Shown here: positions 1-13,900 of the stretch, piece by piece
Position numbering within the stretch: position 1 is the first letter of the stretch
How the letters are laid out: each line of letters begins with the position of its first letter
From: Saccostrea cucullata
Lineage: Eukaryota
Direction of reading: 5' to 3'
Assembly (NCBI RefSeq): GCF_032062105.1
Contig: NW_026937195.1
Location: 1 to 64,000 of the forward strand
DNA length: 64,000 bases
Notes under the pieces: model-generated
Database searches by the model: none
Told to the model about the DNA's origin: nothing
The model's input: only the letters and a program-made list of their open reading frames with translations
Program-made: the position numbers and the translations under genes

Positions 1-863
1 AAATAACTATGTGTGCAACCAGTTATTCATAACACCCACGTGTCCCACTATCATTGATGCACTGGCATACTATAATAACTAGACAGTGTTTCCTTTAATA
101 ATTTTTTGTCTCATATGCTCGACAGGCTCACCGCAGCTATAGTTTCTGTCTTTTTCTTATTCGACAATTTAAAAGTAAAAAAGAGAGTTAGAATTTAAGT
201 ATTTTGTGCATTTGTGAAATTTTGAATGACTGTGTGTCATGAGACATAAATATTAAACTATTTTTTATTCTTTGTTTCTTTGCAATGAGATATACAGATT
301 TAATCAATACCGGGACATGAGCTGATTTTTTTTTTCAGTTTAAATGTGTAATTAAGGTATTTTTATGAATTTTAAATTATTATGATCTATTAAACTAAAG
401 TAAACCTTTTCCAGTGGCGTATATTCCATATAGGAAAAAGGCTGTAGCCTACACATTATTTTCTCAAGAATAAAAATTTGGTTGAATGAAGGAGCGGGGA
501 GTTGAAAATAAATCGTACCTATTAATTATTGTGTTGGGGGGGAAGCATTCTTAATTATCCACACTTTTATACCTATTTGATTATGTTTACAGTTTTGCTT
601 TATAATGAAGGACAAAACTATTCCCTTAGCTTGACATTTTTTAAGCCAAACTTCAAGTGTTATTAATATCAAGTCTGTATCAGAAAATTTAATCAAAAGC
701 AAAATGATCCCATAATATGTACAGGAAACGAAACTGATAACTTGCATTATGTTTGTTAGTCAACATTTTGATCGAATTTTGATTATTTAGTAAGGAAGTT
801 TCCATATTTTCTAAGCAGATCTCGAGTCTAAGGATAAGGACTCAGTTTTTGTTAAGTTATCTT

Positions 864-2886
864 CACTCTAAAAAAAGTTTTACTTGTTGTTTTTAAAATA
901 AGATATTAGATTGAGAAAAACTAGTAATTATTAGTAATCCATTTAGTCAGAATAGCAAGTAAATGACTATCATGGTTAGTAATTGTAAACATAATTAGTA
1001 ATAAGGATGAATTCATTTACTTATAAAATGATTTACTAAGTATCAATAGAGTTACTTAAATTATAGGAATTGTATTACTTTAAGTTAGTAAATGAACTAC
1101 TCATTTTTGTTAAATTATTATTACTTAATTCAGAGATAATATGCTTTCTATTTACTAAATTTTATGAATTATTACTAAGTAAATGTAATTCTGAAATTAA
1201 TTAAAATCTAGAATATTATTACTTAAAAGAATACTAAGTAAATGAAATACTTATCATATTTACTAAAATCGACATTATTTACTAGAAACACTGCAAGGTA
1301 CCCACCCTCTGACATGTGAGTACTACTTACAGATTTCTTTATCAGAGTTCCCTAATTGGGCCCTCTGAATGGTTAAATAGAAGAAATCTACTTATGATGG
1401 AAACAATTATACTTTCCATTTCTTTTGCCAATTTCTTTGTAACTGTTTTATTATATATAACAATAAAACATTTGATTCCAACTTCGAAAGCCTTAAAAAT
1501 TGAATAAGTTGTATTTTTTAAGGACCATTTTAAAAATGGTTAAACATTTCAAGTACTTAATATCGCATTTTTATTAGTGTGACTTTTTTTTTCACATGAA
1601 GGTATATTTAGATGAAAGATAACTCCTCCTCACAGACAATTAGTGATAAGACTACCATATTTAAGTAATTACTGATCTGAATTCTCCTTGATTTAGTAAA
1701 TAAATTTTTGTTTTAAGTAAATCAATTAAATACAATTCAAACATGCAAGATGTGTTTGTGAAACACCTATATATGCCACTGTATGGCAACATAGCAAAGG
1801 TTAAACTTTTCTTAAATGCAAATTTAATTATTGGGATTTCTTGATATCTCCAAGGTCAAAAGGTCAAGGTTATTGGTATCTAATGAAAGGTCTTGCTACA
1901 AAAAAATACATATGTGAAATATGGAAACACTTGCCTCAACCCTTCAGAAGTTATGGTCAAGGTTACCAATTTTGAAATGTAGGTCAAACTCCAAGGTCAA
2001 GGACAAAGGGACAGAGTTGGTGGTACCCAAAGAAAGGTCTTGTCACAAGGATGAACTATGTTAAGTATGAATGCACTAACCCTAATCCTTTTAAAGTTAC
2101 AGTCAAGGTTTGCTTTTTAAAAGTGGGTCAAACTCCAAGGTCAAAGTCAAAGTTCTTGGTATCCTATAAATGGTCTTCTCAAAATGATTACATATATGTA
2201 AGTATGAAAGCACTTTTCCCTACCGTTAAAAAGTTATGGCCAAGGTTAAAGTTTTTTCACAAGGATGGAAATGTCCAGGGTCAAGGTCAAAATTTCATAG
2301 TTGTTGGTATTCAATGAAAGTTCTTTCAACAAAAAATATATATGTGAAGTATAAATGTCCTGGTATTTACTGTTAAAAAGATTTGGATAAAGAATAAGTT
2401 TGAATTTTTTGTGTATAAGGTCTTGTCACAAGGAATACACGTGTGAAATATGAAAGTTATAGCTCCGCTAAATCAAAAGTTATGGGCAAGATTACAGTTT
2501 CTGCGGATAAACAGAGAATCAGAGAGACAGCTAGATAGACAGACGGAAACGACAAAAACTATATACCCACGAAACTTCGTTTACGGGGGCATTAAAATAT
2601 TAATTATATAGTAAATAGTGGTAAAATGTAAGTATTAAAGACCAAGTAAAGTTATTACTTATATACACAAATTTAAGTAAATATAAATTACTAAGTAAAA
2701 CTTTTTAGTGTGTAAGTAAAACAATTTTTTAAAATACAAAAATCAAGTAAAACATTTGAATCTAGTAATTGACATATATTTCAGTAATTGATTTTAAATT
2801 TTAAGTAAATGCTTAGTAATTATCTATTACTTATGTTTGTTGTTTCAAGTAAAAAATGACTACTAAGTAAAACTTTTTTAAGAGTG
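864..2886. mobile_element. Non-autonomous TIR DNA transposon with CACT termini (EnSpm/CACTA-like), containing a nested HINE-like element
   Basis: Starts CACTCTAAAAAAAGTTTTACTT and ends AAGTAAAACTTTTTTAAGAGTG (inverted repeat); 2-bp TT direct repeat on both flanks; interior full of TTACT/AGTAA subrepeats. Confidence 0.65.
1746..2592 (+). mobile_element. Helentron-associated (HINE/Helitron-N-like) non-autonomous element with TCAAGGTCAA tandem subunits
   Basis: CAAGATGTGTTTGTGAAACAC head, repeated CAAGGTCAAGGTCA units, GACA microsatellite and CCCACGAAACTTCGTTTACGGGGGCAT hairpin tail; several more copies in the window. Confidence 0.75.
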
Positions 2887-3393
2887 TTCACATCACGATA
2901 TAAACTATAATATATGTACAATATTATTTTCACTGGTCAAATTAAAATTGCAGATGTCTGAGTTTGCAAAAGTTGTCCCTTAGAACCCCCCCCCCAATAT
3001 CTATCGAGAGGAAGCTCCTTGTTTACCCACACTTTGCAGCTCTGGAATTAAATACCGTGACTTCACCACTGTTCACACAAGCCTACACATCAGCAGAAAG
3101 GAATATACGCCACTGTTTTCTAAATGTCAGATTAAATACATCTGTACATGAAATATATAGTATTATAAAAGGGTTTATATTGTACAGGACGACAATAATG
3201 TAATTCTGCTTCTATCAAAGCTTATAAAAAGTTCTTCCTTAGGAAATATTAACTATAGATATTAAAAAAAAGGTCTTTTTTGTCATTCAGATTGCTACAA
3301 AATTTTCTGACATCAAAATTGTAGCTCATATTGCTTTAAAATATTATATGGTATTCTGGCATCTTTCTATTTTCCCTTGTATAAGGTACTTAC

Positions 3394-4026
3394 GTTGACA
3401 GTTATAACCTCCATATCCGGCACAACATGTCCGTCTATAGGACACGCGATATCGCCATAACGTAGCATAGTGAGTACTGTAAAAAACGTAAGAAACCATT
3501 TCAAGATGAAAAGTATGCCGTTTAAAAGAAAGAAACCCGACTTCACCTCAAAGTACTAAGAGCTTGGTGAAAATTAAAGGCTGTTAGATTAAATTTTTAA
3601 TCGCGATTTAGTTTTGTTTGACCCTTCCATCTTCCATTCACTGAGCAATTAAAACCATCTAACGAATAAATTATCGGAACAGAAATGACATTCATCTTGA
3701 AGTAATAACGATAAGAAAACAAGATGAGTTTGTGAAACACTGATGCCCCCGTATGGCAACATCAAGCGAAGGTTAACCTTTCTCAAATGCAGATCAAATA
3801 CGCTGGTACCTAAAGTAAGGCCTTTTCACAAGAAATACAAATGTTAACAAGATGTGTTTGTGAAACACTGATGCCCCCGTATGGTAACATAGCAAAAATG
3901 AAAGTTTTCTTTAATGCAATGTTCTTGTTATCAAATGAAAGGTCCTGTCACAAGAATTAAATATGTTAAGTATGAAAGCACTAGCCATAATACTTTAAAA
4001 GTGATGGTCAAGGTTTTTGTTTTTTT

Positions 4027-4057
<31 letters not shown>

Positions 4058-5491
4058 AAGGGTCTGAATTCTTGGTATTCAATGAAGGGACTTCTCACAA
4101 AGATTACATATGTGAAGAATGAAAGCCCTATCCCTTACCGTTCAAAAGTTATGGCCAAGGTTAAATTTTTTCACAAGTATGGAAATCTACAAGGTCAAGA
4201 TCAAAGGGTCAAGGTTGTTGTTATCCAATGAAAGGTCTTTTAACAAAAAATATACATGTAAAGTATAAATGTCCTGATATCTACGGTTCAAAATAAAATA
4301 AAAGTTTAAACTTTTCATGTAAAAGTGAGTCAAATTCCAAGGTCAAAATGTCAAATTTGGTGGGACCCAAAGAAAGGTCTTCTCACAAGGAATACATATA
4401 TGTGAAATATGAAAGTAATACCTCCACTAAATCAAAAGTTATGGGCAAGGTTAAAGTTTTTGTGCACAGACAGACAGACGGACGGACTGACACGACAAAA
4501 ACTATATTCCTTTATATTCTATATAAAAGAAACTGACAAATGAAAATGATTATCATAGTTATTTTTAAATCTTTCGTAAAATATGTAATGCCAATTTATA
4601 AAATAATATAAATGATTATATCAGTGATAATATTAAATATATATATATTGAAAAACAATAACCAGTTTCATTCTATTGATTTTTTCTTGTATTTAAAAAT
4701 CTCACCATTTTCCCCAAATGCGACTTGTGCACTCTACGACCTCGTAAGGTTCTACGTTTTTAATTACTTTCGTACAAGGGCTAGCATCAATTCCAGTTCC
4801 AGTGATCCTTAAATTAGTGTTTTAATAAATATAAATTCTTAGAGCAATATGAGCTGCATTTTTGAAAATTTTATTTTACTGTTGTAATTTTGGTAAATTT
4901 GTATGTAACTTAAATCTTTATGATCTATTTGACTAAAATAAAGCAGAAGAAAGACTTCTATGTACAATCCAATATGCAGTTTTATATAAGACATCATCAT
5001 TGTACAGGACGACAATAATGTAATTTTGATTCAATCAAAGCGTATTAATAGTTCTTCCATCGGAAAAATGAACAATGAAAGTTTATTAACGTTAGTTTAT
5101 TCTGTCATTGTGGTATCTTTTTGTAATATTGCAACAAAAAATTCCAACATCAAAGTTACAGCTCATATTGCCTTAAAAAGAAACTGAAATATGAGGACAA
5201 TTTTATTTAGATGTATATATTGTCATTATTATTTTTTTTTTATTTGAAATGTTTACTGAAGTTAGTCAAAAAATTATTTTATTTTTGATTTGAAATATTT
5301 CATTTTTTTTTTAGCTTACGTGTACTATAGCAATATGGACAGAAGAGAGAGAAAAAGAGAGAAAGAGAGAAAGGTATAGAATTACTTTTAGAACGGTTGA
5401 TTATTTTCTTTCCAAAAAAATAACAAGATAGCTCTAGTGTTACTTACAAAAGGAGGAACCAAATGCAGCTGGTGTACATAATGATCAACAT
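3394..5491 (-). CDS. Spliced gene, 5' part: signal peptide + EMI domain (MEGF10/CED-1/EMILIN-type cysteine pattern). Exons 5491-5448, 4807-4706, 3476-3394; 3' end unresolved
   Basis: GT-AG borders with matching phases (2,2,1). Joined translation MLIIMYTSCIWFLLLITGTGIDASPCTKVIKNVEPYEVVECTSRIWGKCTHYATLWRYRVSYRRTCCAGYGGYNCQ has a hydrophobic leader and the EMI C...C...WxKC...CCxGY...C pattern. Confidence 0.8.
3718..4510 (+). mobile_element. HINE-like element (same family as 1746-2592) with a duplicated ~130-bp head, inside an intron of the EMI gene
   Basis: Two consecutive AACAAGATG(A/T)GTTTGTGAAACACTGATGCCCCCGTATGG heads (3718, 3847), CAAGGTCA units, CAGA/CGGA microsatellite tail. Confidence 0.75.
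4840..5176. mobile_element. MITE with GCAATATGAGCT terminal inverted repeats (TTAA-type); partial second copy at ~3135-3340
   Basis: GCAATATGAGCTG ... CAGCTCATATTGCCTTAA; internal TTGTACAGGACGACAATAATGTAATT shared with 3180-3206. Confidence 0.55.
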
Positions 5492-5663
5492 AGAAACTCA
5501 GTTTTAGGACGCTGTGAATTCTCTGTAACTGCAGAGGTCTTTTATTGCAACAGGATGCGGAAGTAAAGCCTTAACCACCGATTGACTGATACGTATTTAC
5601 AAGGCTAGTGATCGTACTGTATTTAAATTTACATATTGAGTCAAAACCATGTCTTTCTCTTAA

Positions 5664-6849
5664 GGGGGGACCTATGTCCGAAAAGTCTTTGTGTGAAATT
5701 TTCAAAACTTTGACATATCTTTCCTGACCACTTGCTTTTAATTTTTAGGCATTAAAAACAATACCTTTATGTGCTTATTTTTGCACAGGAGCACGTGCAA
5801 AAACAGTGTGAAACGCTAAAAATAGATTATCTTCAGACATTATTGTTTTACTCCAAATATGCACTAAAAAGAACCAAAAATGTCAAATCACAATCGAAAT
5901 CAACATGTATTTAATTTATATGACTTGTATCTTTAAAATGAAGGCAAATTCATTGTAATTTATCTCGCATGAAAAATTATAAAGGAGCACAATGTAAGTA
6001 TCACCCCGTTTTTCTTGTCGTATTTTTTACAATTCCGACATGCGTAACAGGTAATATCTTAAAAAGTCTTTGTGTGAAAATGTTGTAATTAATTTTTTTT
6101 TAAAGAAGTCACCCCTCTCTTTATTTTAACAAAGAAAAAGGTATACCTTTATGATATAATAAACGAGAAATATGACGTTTTCTTTTATTTCCATTCTCTT
6201 CTGTCATAAATATTGACCTTTCTGCACTATAAAAAGGTAAGTTAGCACTGACAAACATCTGAATATAAATCTATTTTGCAAAAAACGAGAATTTTGTTTT
6301 GATAAGAAATAATTTAAACAGATAATCTCTTTTCTTCTTCATTCTAATCATTCTGCCCCACCCTTTCCCCGTCAACAACCAACACCCAATAGAACCTAGG
6401 AATGACTTTATACAATAGACTATAAATCAATAAAATATAGGTACAAGTACATTTCTTAATTTTTTTTTCAGTTTCATCCAGAAAGTATAATTAATGGTAA
6501 TCATAAAATTAAACATATTTCCCTGATTAAAGCCGCTGTCTTTGTTGAATTTCATCTTATAATTTTTGCATTTTTATATCAGCATATTATGGAGGTATTT
6601 CTTCACAACTGAAATTGCTATGAATTATCAACCAAAGGAAGAGAATTCTAATATTAACAAACTCCAAAAATCAAATAAAACTGTAATAAATGATGAAAAA
6701 AAAAATTCTTATTGTAAACTGTGTACGTTATTAATTGATAACAATGTTATGCCTATAATCACAGTTGCAAAAGTCAGCGGGAAAAATCAAACGTCGCTAT
6801 TGTGACGTCACATAACGCTGCTTTGACGTAGAACGACATAGGTCCCCCC
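5664..6849. mobile_element. Non-autonomous TTAA-target DNA transposon (Kolobok-like)
   Basis: Perfect 15-bp TIR GGGGGGACCTATGTC / GACATAGGTCCCCCC flanked by TTAA at 5660-5663 and 6850-6853. Confidence 0.8.
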
Positions 6850-7927
6850 TTAATAAAAAAAAAATAATGACAATGCATACATCTAAATAACATCGTCCTT
6901 ATACGGTATAAATCTCAGTTGATTCGATACGCAAGGGTATGTTCTACGTATGTACAATTTCTACAACGAGTTGATGAAACAAGAATATCAGTAGTCACGT
7001 TTAAAGTCGTCATTTCACAAGTTCTAAGGTCGATATAATGACCTTGTCAGTAAGAACAATTTATCATTGAGTTAAATGCTGACTGACATTTTTCATATTT
7101 ATCGGTAGTCTATTATTTAAACACAGAATTGACGACGGATTTTTCGTTATTTTCCGATCATGACAAGAAGCACACGACGGTAGATGCTCACTCCTCCATG
7201 GCACCTGATCCCACCTCTGATGTTTTGTAGGTTTGTGTTTGCTCTGTTTCTATTTTGTATTGCTTAATGGACTTTCTACAATTTCATCTATTGATGATTC
7301 TGAAATACTACCACAAATGTAATATAATTGTAATGACACAATATGCAACATCAAAATCGACGAACATGAAGTACTGTAAAATCACATATTTTCGTGAGAT
7401 CAGATTTTTGTGGTTTGAGGGAAAAAATGTTTGTTCGTGGGGATTTTATTTCGTGGATGAAGAACTTTTTAGTGGTTGTGTATATAAAAAATTACATTTC
7501 GTGGTGGGCAAATGAACAGATGTATATACCACTCATGGTTGTATCAATATTTAATGAATGATGGAAGATTCGTTAAACTGATCATTTTTAATTTGTCATT
7601 AAATTCAGTTCTATCAATGTTTTAATGAACGAATCCGTGCATTAAACCTTCATTTAATTCCTCAATTTTAATGAAGGTACATGTAAGGGGGCTTCATTAA
7701 GTGGTCATTAAGTATGGTGGCCTACATTATGTTTTGCCCGCTTTGAACAGTAATTAATCTTAGTGCCCAGAAAGCCCTGAGAGTTGAAACCTTTCATTCC
7801 CGAGAATGTGAATTTAACTTGAACATATTTTCTCTTTTGTTCAACAAAAAAGATTTATAAGAAAACATTCTGGACTGTTGGTGAGCTATCTGCTTGAAGT
7901 AATGTTTATTTTAAATGTTAATTCCAG

Positions 7928-10900
7928 GGTGTCTTATGTAACAAATATGGAGGAAATTATGAAAATAGAAGCTCACGACCAAGAAATTCTTTGTGTCCAA
8001 TACTCAAATCTAATTACAGGTGGGTGAGTTTGTTTTTTTTAGATCCTTGCATGGAAAAAGAAGTTATATTCTATAAATTTATTAATGACATGGATGTTAA
8101 ATATTATAGACTTTTGCTTTCATACTAAAAAGAATTCCATTAAATAAATCAATTAGCAATATAAATAATAGTTTCTTTTAAAAAGGTAAAGATGATGAAC
8201 AGTGTTATATAATTCTATATAAAACAACAACAAAAAACTTTACAAATAGATGAACAGGGCATAATTGTGATAAATCACAGACCCATGGAAATTCCAAAAG
8301 CGGAATCAGGTGACCAAGATAAGAAGGCATCCCCTGTAGACCGGTCACACCCGCTATATGCCCTTATAACTGATCAGATAGACGAAATATTCATTGTTTT
8401 AATGAAACAAAGGCCTAACAATACTTATAAGTATGAAAACTGTCACTCAGAAAGTCCATCAAAATAAGGAGGACTAGCTTTAAAGCTTTCAAAATTTTTA
8501 TTTCATTTTTGAGCCTCACGTGAGGCAAACAAGTACAGACAACATATAAATCTTAAAATTAATAATGAATGAACATAGAGTTAGTATACAGTATTATTTT
8601 GAGCTCTCAAGAGTGATAAATGAAGGAATGACTCAAATATAATGTTTGTCTTAAATCCCCGAACTTCTGATCCATACATTAAATCTTGAACTACAATTGT
8701 ATCAAACAATTTTACAGTAAAAAATTTTCCTGAAAATAAAATGCCATAATATTGAAACTTTCTACAGATGACAATTACCATCATTGTAAACGAGGAGGGT
8801 ATTTTCACAATGTCTCTTTTTGAAAAAAAAATACAACATTGGCTTTTGGTGCAGTTTGGAGCATTCCTTGGCTTTGAAAGAGAGAAAAAGATATACATGT
8901 AGATCCCAGTATATATTACATTACACGTACTTTATAACTTTACTAAAATTTTTCTATTAAATTTTAGTTTTTATGTTTTAGGCCATACGCTAATTGCGTC
9001 GGACAGAAGGGGTTGTAAAGGAATATTTTTACATAAAATAATAGTTTTTCTTGATAAGGTCCCAAGATGATGGCGTCTGGTAGTAGAGATCGCCTCATTC
9101 ACGTCTTTGGCGTGGATCAGAGTTACAAATGTATGCAAACCCTCGCTGACCATTCCAGCTCTGTTACTGCCATCAAATTCACGGAAAACGAAGAACAAAT
9201 TAAGCTGCTTAGTTCCAGTACAGACAAATCTGTTCTCTTCCGAGATGCACACAAGGTATAATTCAATCAGCAATACATTAATTTTTTTATTGTATTAAAA
9301 TATGCATTGAAGTTTGATGTTGGCTGAAGAAGCATAATTTGTTTGTTTGAATACCATTTAAACAAGCTGGTTTTCAAGCGTTTTATTTCTGTTGCAGACT
9401 CCAGAGTGTCAGTTTGAAATTTCTAAACATCAACATGTCGTAGGCACCAATACATTGTATGAAATAGATATCGAACCCACACAGAAACACATGGCAACCG
9501 CATGTCAAGACCGAAACATCAGGTAATCTGTGTTAACTTTTTAATAATTCCAGAATTTACAGGGCAGTTGAAGTTTGGGCTTCTTGTTCATTTAAAAGTA
9601 GACAAAACACCCCTTGATATACTTTAGGATCAGGTTCACTTTATCAATACTCTTGGAAACACACCTTTTTTGAACGAAACACTCACCTAATCACTATGAA
9701 TACGAAAAACAAACATAAAGATTTGATCCTAGGTCTCGATTAAATGAAATATTGTGATCTAACTTACCTTTTTGCGTTACACATGAACGTTATATAAATT
9801 CTATAGTAATCTGAAATATGCTTTTTCTATTCTAAATTAATGTTCATAAAACAATAAAAAAAGAATAAGAGCAGAACAAACACGGACTTCCGAAACATCA
9901 GAGGTGGGATCAGGTGCCACGGAAGAGTAAGCATTCCCTGCTGACCGTTTACGCCCGCCGTGCTTCTTGTCATGATCAGAAAATAACGGAAAAATCTGTT
10001 GTCAATTTGGTGTATAAATAATGTATTAACAATAAGTACGAAAAAGTCAGTCAGCATTTGACTCAATGATAAATTGTATTTGCTGACGAGGTCATTGTAT
10101 CGACCATAAAACTTAAAAAATAATGACTTTAAACGAGACTGCTGATATTCTTGTTTCATCAACTTGTTTGTCACTAATCTACCTAGTTATAGAAATTGTT
10201 CATAAGTAGAGCATGCTCTTGCGTATCGAATCAATTGAAATATATATACTCCGTATGCAGGTGATGGTATATTGCTGCATAAGCAAGGGAAAGTTAAAGT
10301 CATCACGTTTATCATAAAAGCTTTGTGTTTAGATTGCTATTATTGTCTTTTTCAAGTAAAATATCCAAGTATGAAACATATGTGTCAGACATTGTGGTAT
10401 CTTTTATTTCAAGCTCACTAGGATATATCGTATCCACAAAGGAATGGAAATGACCATTATTATTTGACAATACGTCGTCGATATATCTAAATGTCGAGTT
10501 GAAAGTCACAACAAGTGTTTTATTCTTATCACGTATAAGATTTTGCATAAATTCTGCTTCATTTCAATACATAAAGGTCTGCTAATAACGGAGCGCAATT
10601 GGTACCCGTTGGAATTCCACTAGATTGTGGAGGACCTTGTCTCCAAAAACCACAAAGATATTGTCAATCATAAACTAAAGCAACTTTTCGATGGCAACTT
10701 CAGAATTCTTATTTGTGCAATCAGAATGTGTTTTAGCAAAATAATTTTGACAAATGACCAGGTAAGTAAATTTACGAAATTCATTTTTATTGAAAAAGCA
10801 GCTGTCGATGATATCAAAAAGCCTGGACTTAAATTATCATGGGGAAAAACTTTGTGTACAAAGTTGAAATGAAAAGTCATAAGTTTTTAAGCTGTTGATT

Positions 10901-13900
10901 TTGGTAAATTTCAAACTGTCCAAAAGTCATTTGGAATTTTTGAGTATCCACATTGATTCAAACCACTTCTTGAATATATTGTTGCACAGTTCACGACGTT
11001 TTCCCCTCACTACTGTCAATATCTTAGTAGGAGTAACAAAAGAGACTTGGTTGAACATTTACTGGAGCCCGCAATGTATCTTTATTTGTAATGATTCTTA
11101 TGAAGTTTTGGAATCCAATATATCTGTGGAAGTTTAAAATACTGCTCATTGTACATTTTAAGTTTTAACTTCACAGTGCTTATAGTAAAACCCTTCTCCT
11201 AAGCACTTGATATTATATCTATAGTGTTCCTAGGGATCTGCCTCACTATTGATATGCTCTAACAGATTTATGAAATTGAACATTGTTCCTTATGTTAAAC
11301 TTTTACATAACAGTGATCATTTCTTTGATGTAACAAATGGAATTAAGAGATACATATGACTGCCTGCAGAACATTTAATTTGACATCATACATCATTTTA
11401 GTTTATCTTAATGGATTGGATCTCTGACCCTCATTAAATATGTTTTCATTTAGTGCGAAATACTACAGAATTTTTTTTGAGGGATTAATATACATTATGT
11501 ACGAGGTCACAAATTTTCCACAGAAAGATTCTTCATCAGCATGTACTTAAATACATTTTATTAGTACAATAATTTCAAGAAATCGCTGTGTTTTTCTACA
11601 AGAAGATTGATTAAAAATTGACATTTTCCGGAATTGTGACCCCACGGTCAATGCATTTACAGTGAATGTAAAATATGGTTAGAATATGTTTAGAAACCAG
11701 TAAATTGAATTGTACCTGGCCACCACGAAGTCACAATGTTTAGTTGGTATGGCGATATCATTCGAATATTTTGTTTATAACAAAAAAAAAAGAATTCATA
11801 AATATCAAATACGTAATCTTAACAATGTACAATTCAATATAATCATTTTCATTCAATAATAAAAGTTTCTGCATTATATATGGATAAATGTACCTTTTAT
11901 AGAGTATACAACATTGAGACAGGGAAGCAAACGCAGTGTTACAGAGGAGCAGAGGGAACTAAAGGGGTCTACTAAAGCTTCATTTAGACCCTTCCGGTCA
12001 GTACGCGTTCACTAGTTGTTCGGACAAAAGTCTGTGTCTACTGGACTTCAAGTCGGGGGAAATTCTGGCCACCATGATCGGCCATTCGGAGCAGATCAAT
12101 GGCGTGAAGTTCATGCCGGACCTGAAGCGTCTGGTGTCTGTGTCCAGCGACGGCTGTATCTTTGTCTGGAGGCTGCCTCCCGAACTGACCGAGTCCATGC
12201 GAGGCCTCCTGGAGGAGATGGGGAGACTTCCGTTTGAGGCCATCAACGGGGAAATCAACAGGTTAGAGAATCAATCAAAGTTATACAGAGGAATAGGTAG
12301 AATTTTTCATTGACAACATACTTTGATTTACTAGTATTAATAATTTTTGCTAGTCAGCTAATGCAGAGAAATGCGTAAAGTTTTGAGAGCGAATGAGGGT
12401 TTCATTCACACATCTCGTTTTCTGTGTTTCGCCTATTTGATGATATTGAACATTGTACAATTTTCTTCGATTGAACTATTCTTAGCTTTCTCTGTCTTAT
12501 ATACTTAAAATCATATTATAAAACATATAATGAACAAAGCTGAGGTTAAATATTAGGAACCACGGATCAATCTGGAGTAAGACTTACCGGATTGCTGATC
12601 CCGCCCCTATCTCACTAGAAAAAGCTCTGGAGGAAGCTGTTAGGAGCCCCGGTGAACGGGTAGCTAAACCTAAGATCAAGGAGGAACTAGAGCCACAGGT
12701 ACATAAAGAGTCACCTAGTATCCAGACAGAGGTACAGACCGACAGAAAGGATGAACTGTCTGACTTCAACAGCACCATAACCGGACTACCCGACTGGATA
12801 CAGGCGAAGGTGAGAAAGGGATAACAAGGCAGGAAAACTTTAGACAAGATGGGTCAACGTGATCAAGATTATAATGGTGATGGCTTATATGGGTCAACGT
12901 GATCAAGATTATAATGGTGATGGCTTATATGGGTCATTATCATATTGTTACAAATTTATATTTTACCTTTGAAGTAAAGTTTTGTAACTCTATATCCTGA
13001 TAATTGTTTAATGATCTAATTTTACAGTAGTGAATTGCTGTGTTAATACATTGCTTAATGTTTCTTTGTTAATTTGTATAACTTCCCAACTTCTATTTAT
13101 TCACAGTGGGGTGCCGTCTGGTAGGGGGAGTTTCTTAGCCAGCATCTCTATTAATTCGCAGTATATAACTGTCATTGAGGGGATGACCAGTATAAATAGG
13201 GTTCAATTGGTTAATTGCTCTGTAGACTTGTTGATTATTTTGAAGATGTCGGAGGCTCAGTTAAGACGGGCTAGAGAGGATTTGGTAATTAAACATTTAT
13301 TATAGTTTGGTTAGGATTTACCAAGTGACACCTGATATTTCACCGAGATCTTTGGTAAAATTATTACACACCAAGGGCTTTCGGAGAAATTATTGGTGAT
13401 AGCCTAAATTATTAAACGGCTATTACTTCTCTTATTCCTGGAAATTAATACCAGCACCAATTTTACACCGAAATTTACCAAGGTGTTGTGTATTGGTGAC
13501 TTGGTTAATCTTGGTAAACACCGAGTTGCACCGAAATATTTACCAAGGTGTAGCTCTGGTGGTTGGTTAAAATATTAGGGATTTGTAATAAATATAAAGG
13601 TATTTATTGGTACATATAGTTTTAATAGGGAATTATTAAGTAAGCTAGGAGAATAAAAGAAGTTTGGTTGATTTATTTTTATAATTTTACATGACTTTCA
13701 TTTTCTTTAAACTGTAAATAAATAGTAGAATAGAATTGGTTTTATTACTTAAAAAAGGTAAAGGTTTAATACAAGGTTTACTTTAACAAATTGATACATT
13801 GGGATTTATATTTTGGAATTTACTAGTGCGGTGGATTATAGTGTTACAGTGTGTGATTCAATATGGAGTATTAAATAATTTTCACAATAAAAACCAACGT

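Noticed and set aside
3020-3120. Fourth exon of the EMI gene
   Set aside because: Both candidate acceptors give early stops and no EGF-like pattern; cannot be supported without transcripts
2051-4536. ORFs such as MNYVKYE.../KVGQTPRSRSK (also 25694, 46557, 53332, 56532)
   Set aside because: Spurious translations of HINE tandem units
9860-9970. Hammerhead ribozyme in the Penelope-like tail
   Set aside because: I could not identify a convincing CUGAUGA...GAAA core with supporting stems by eye
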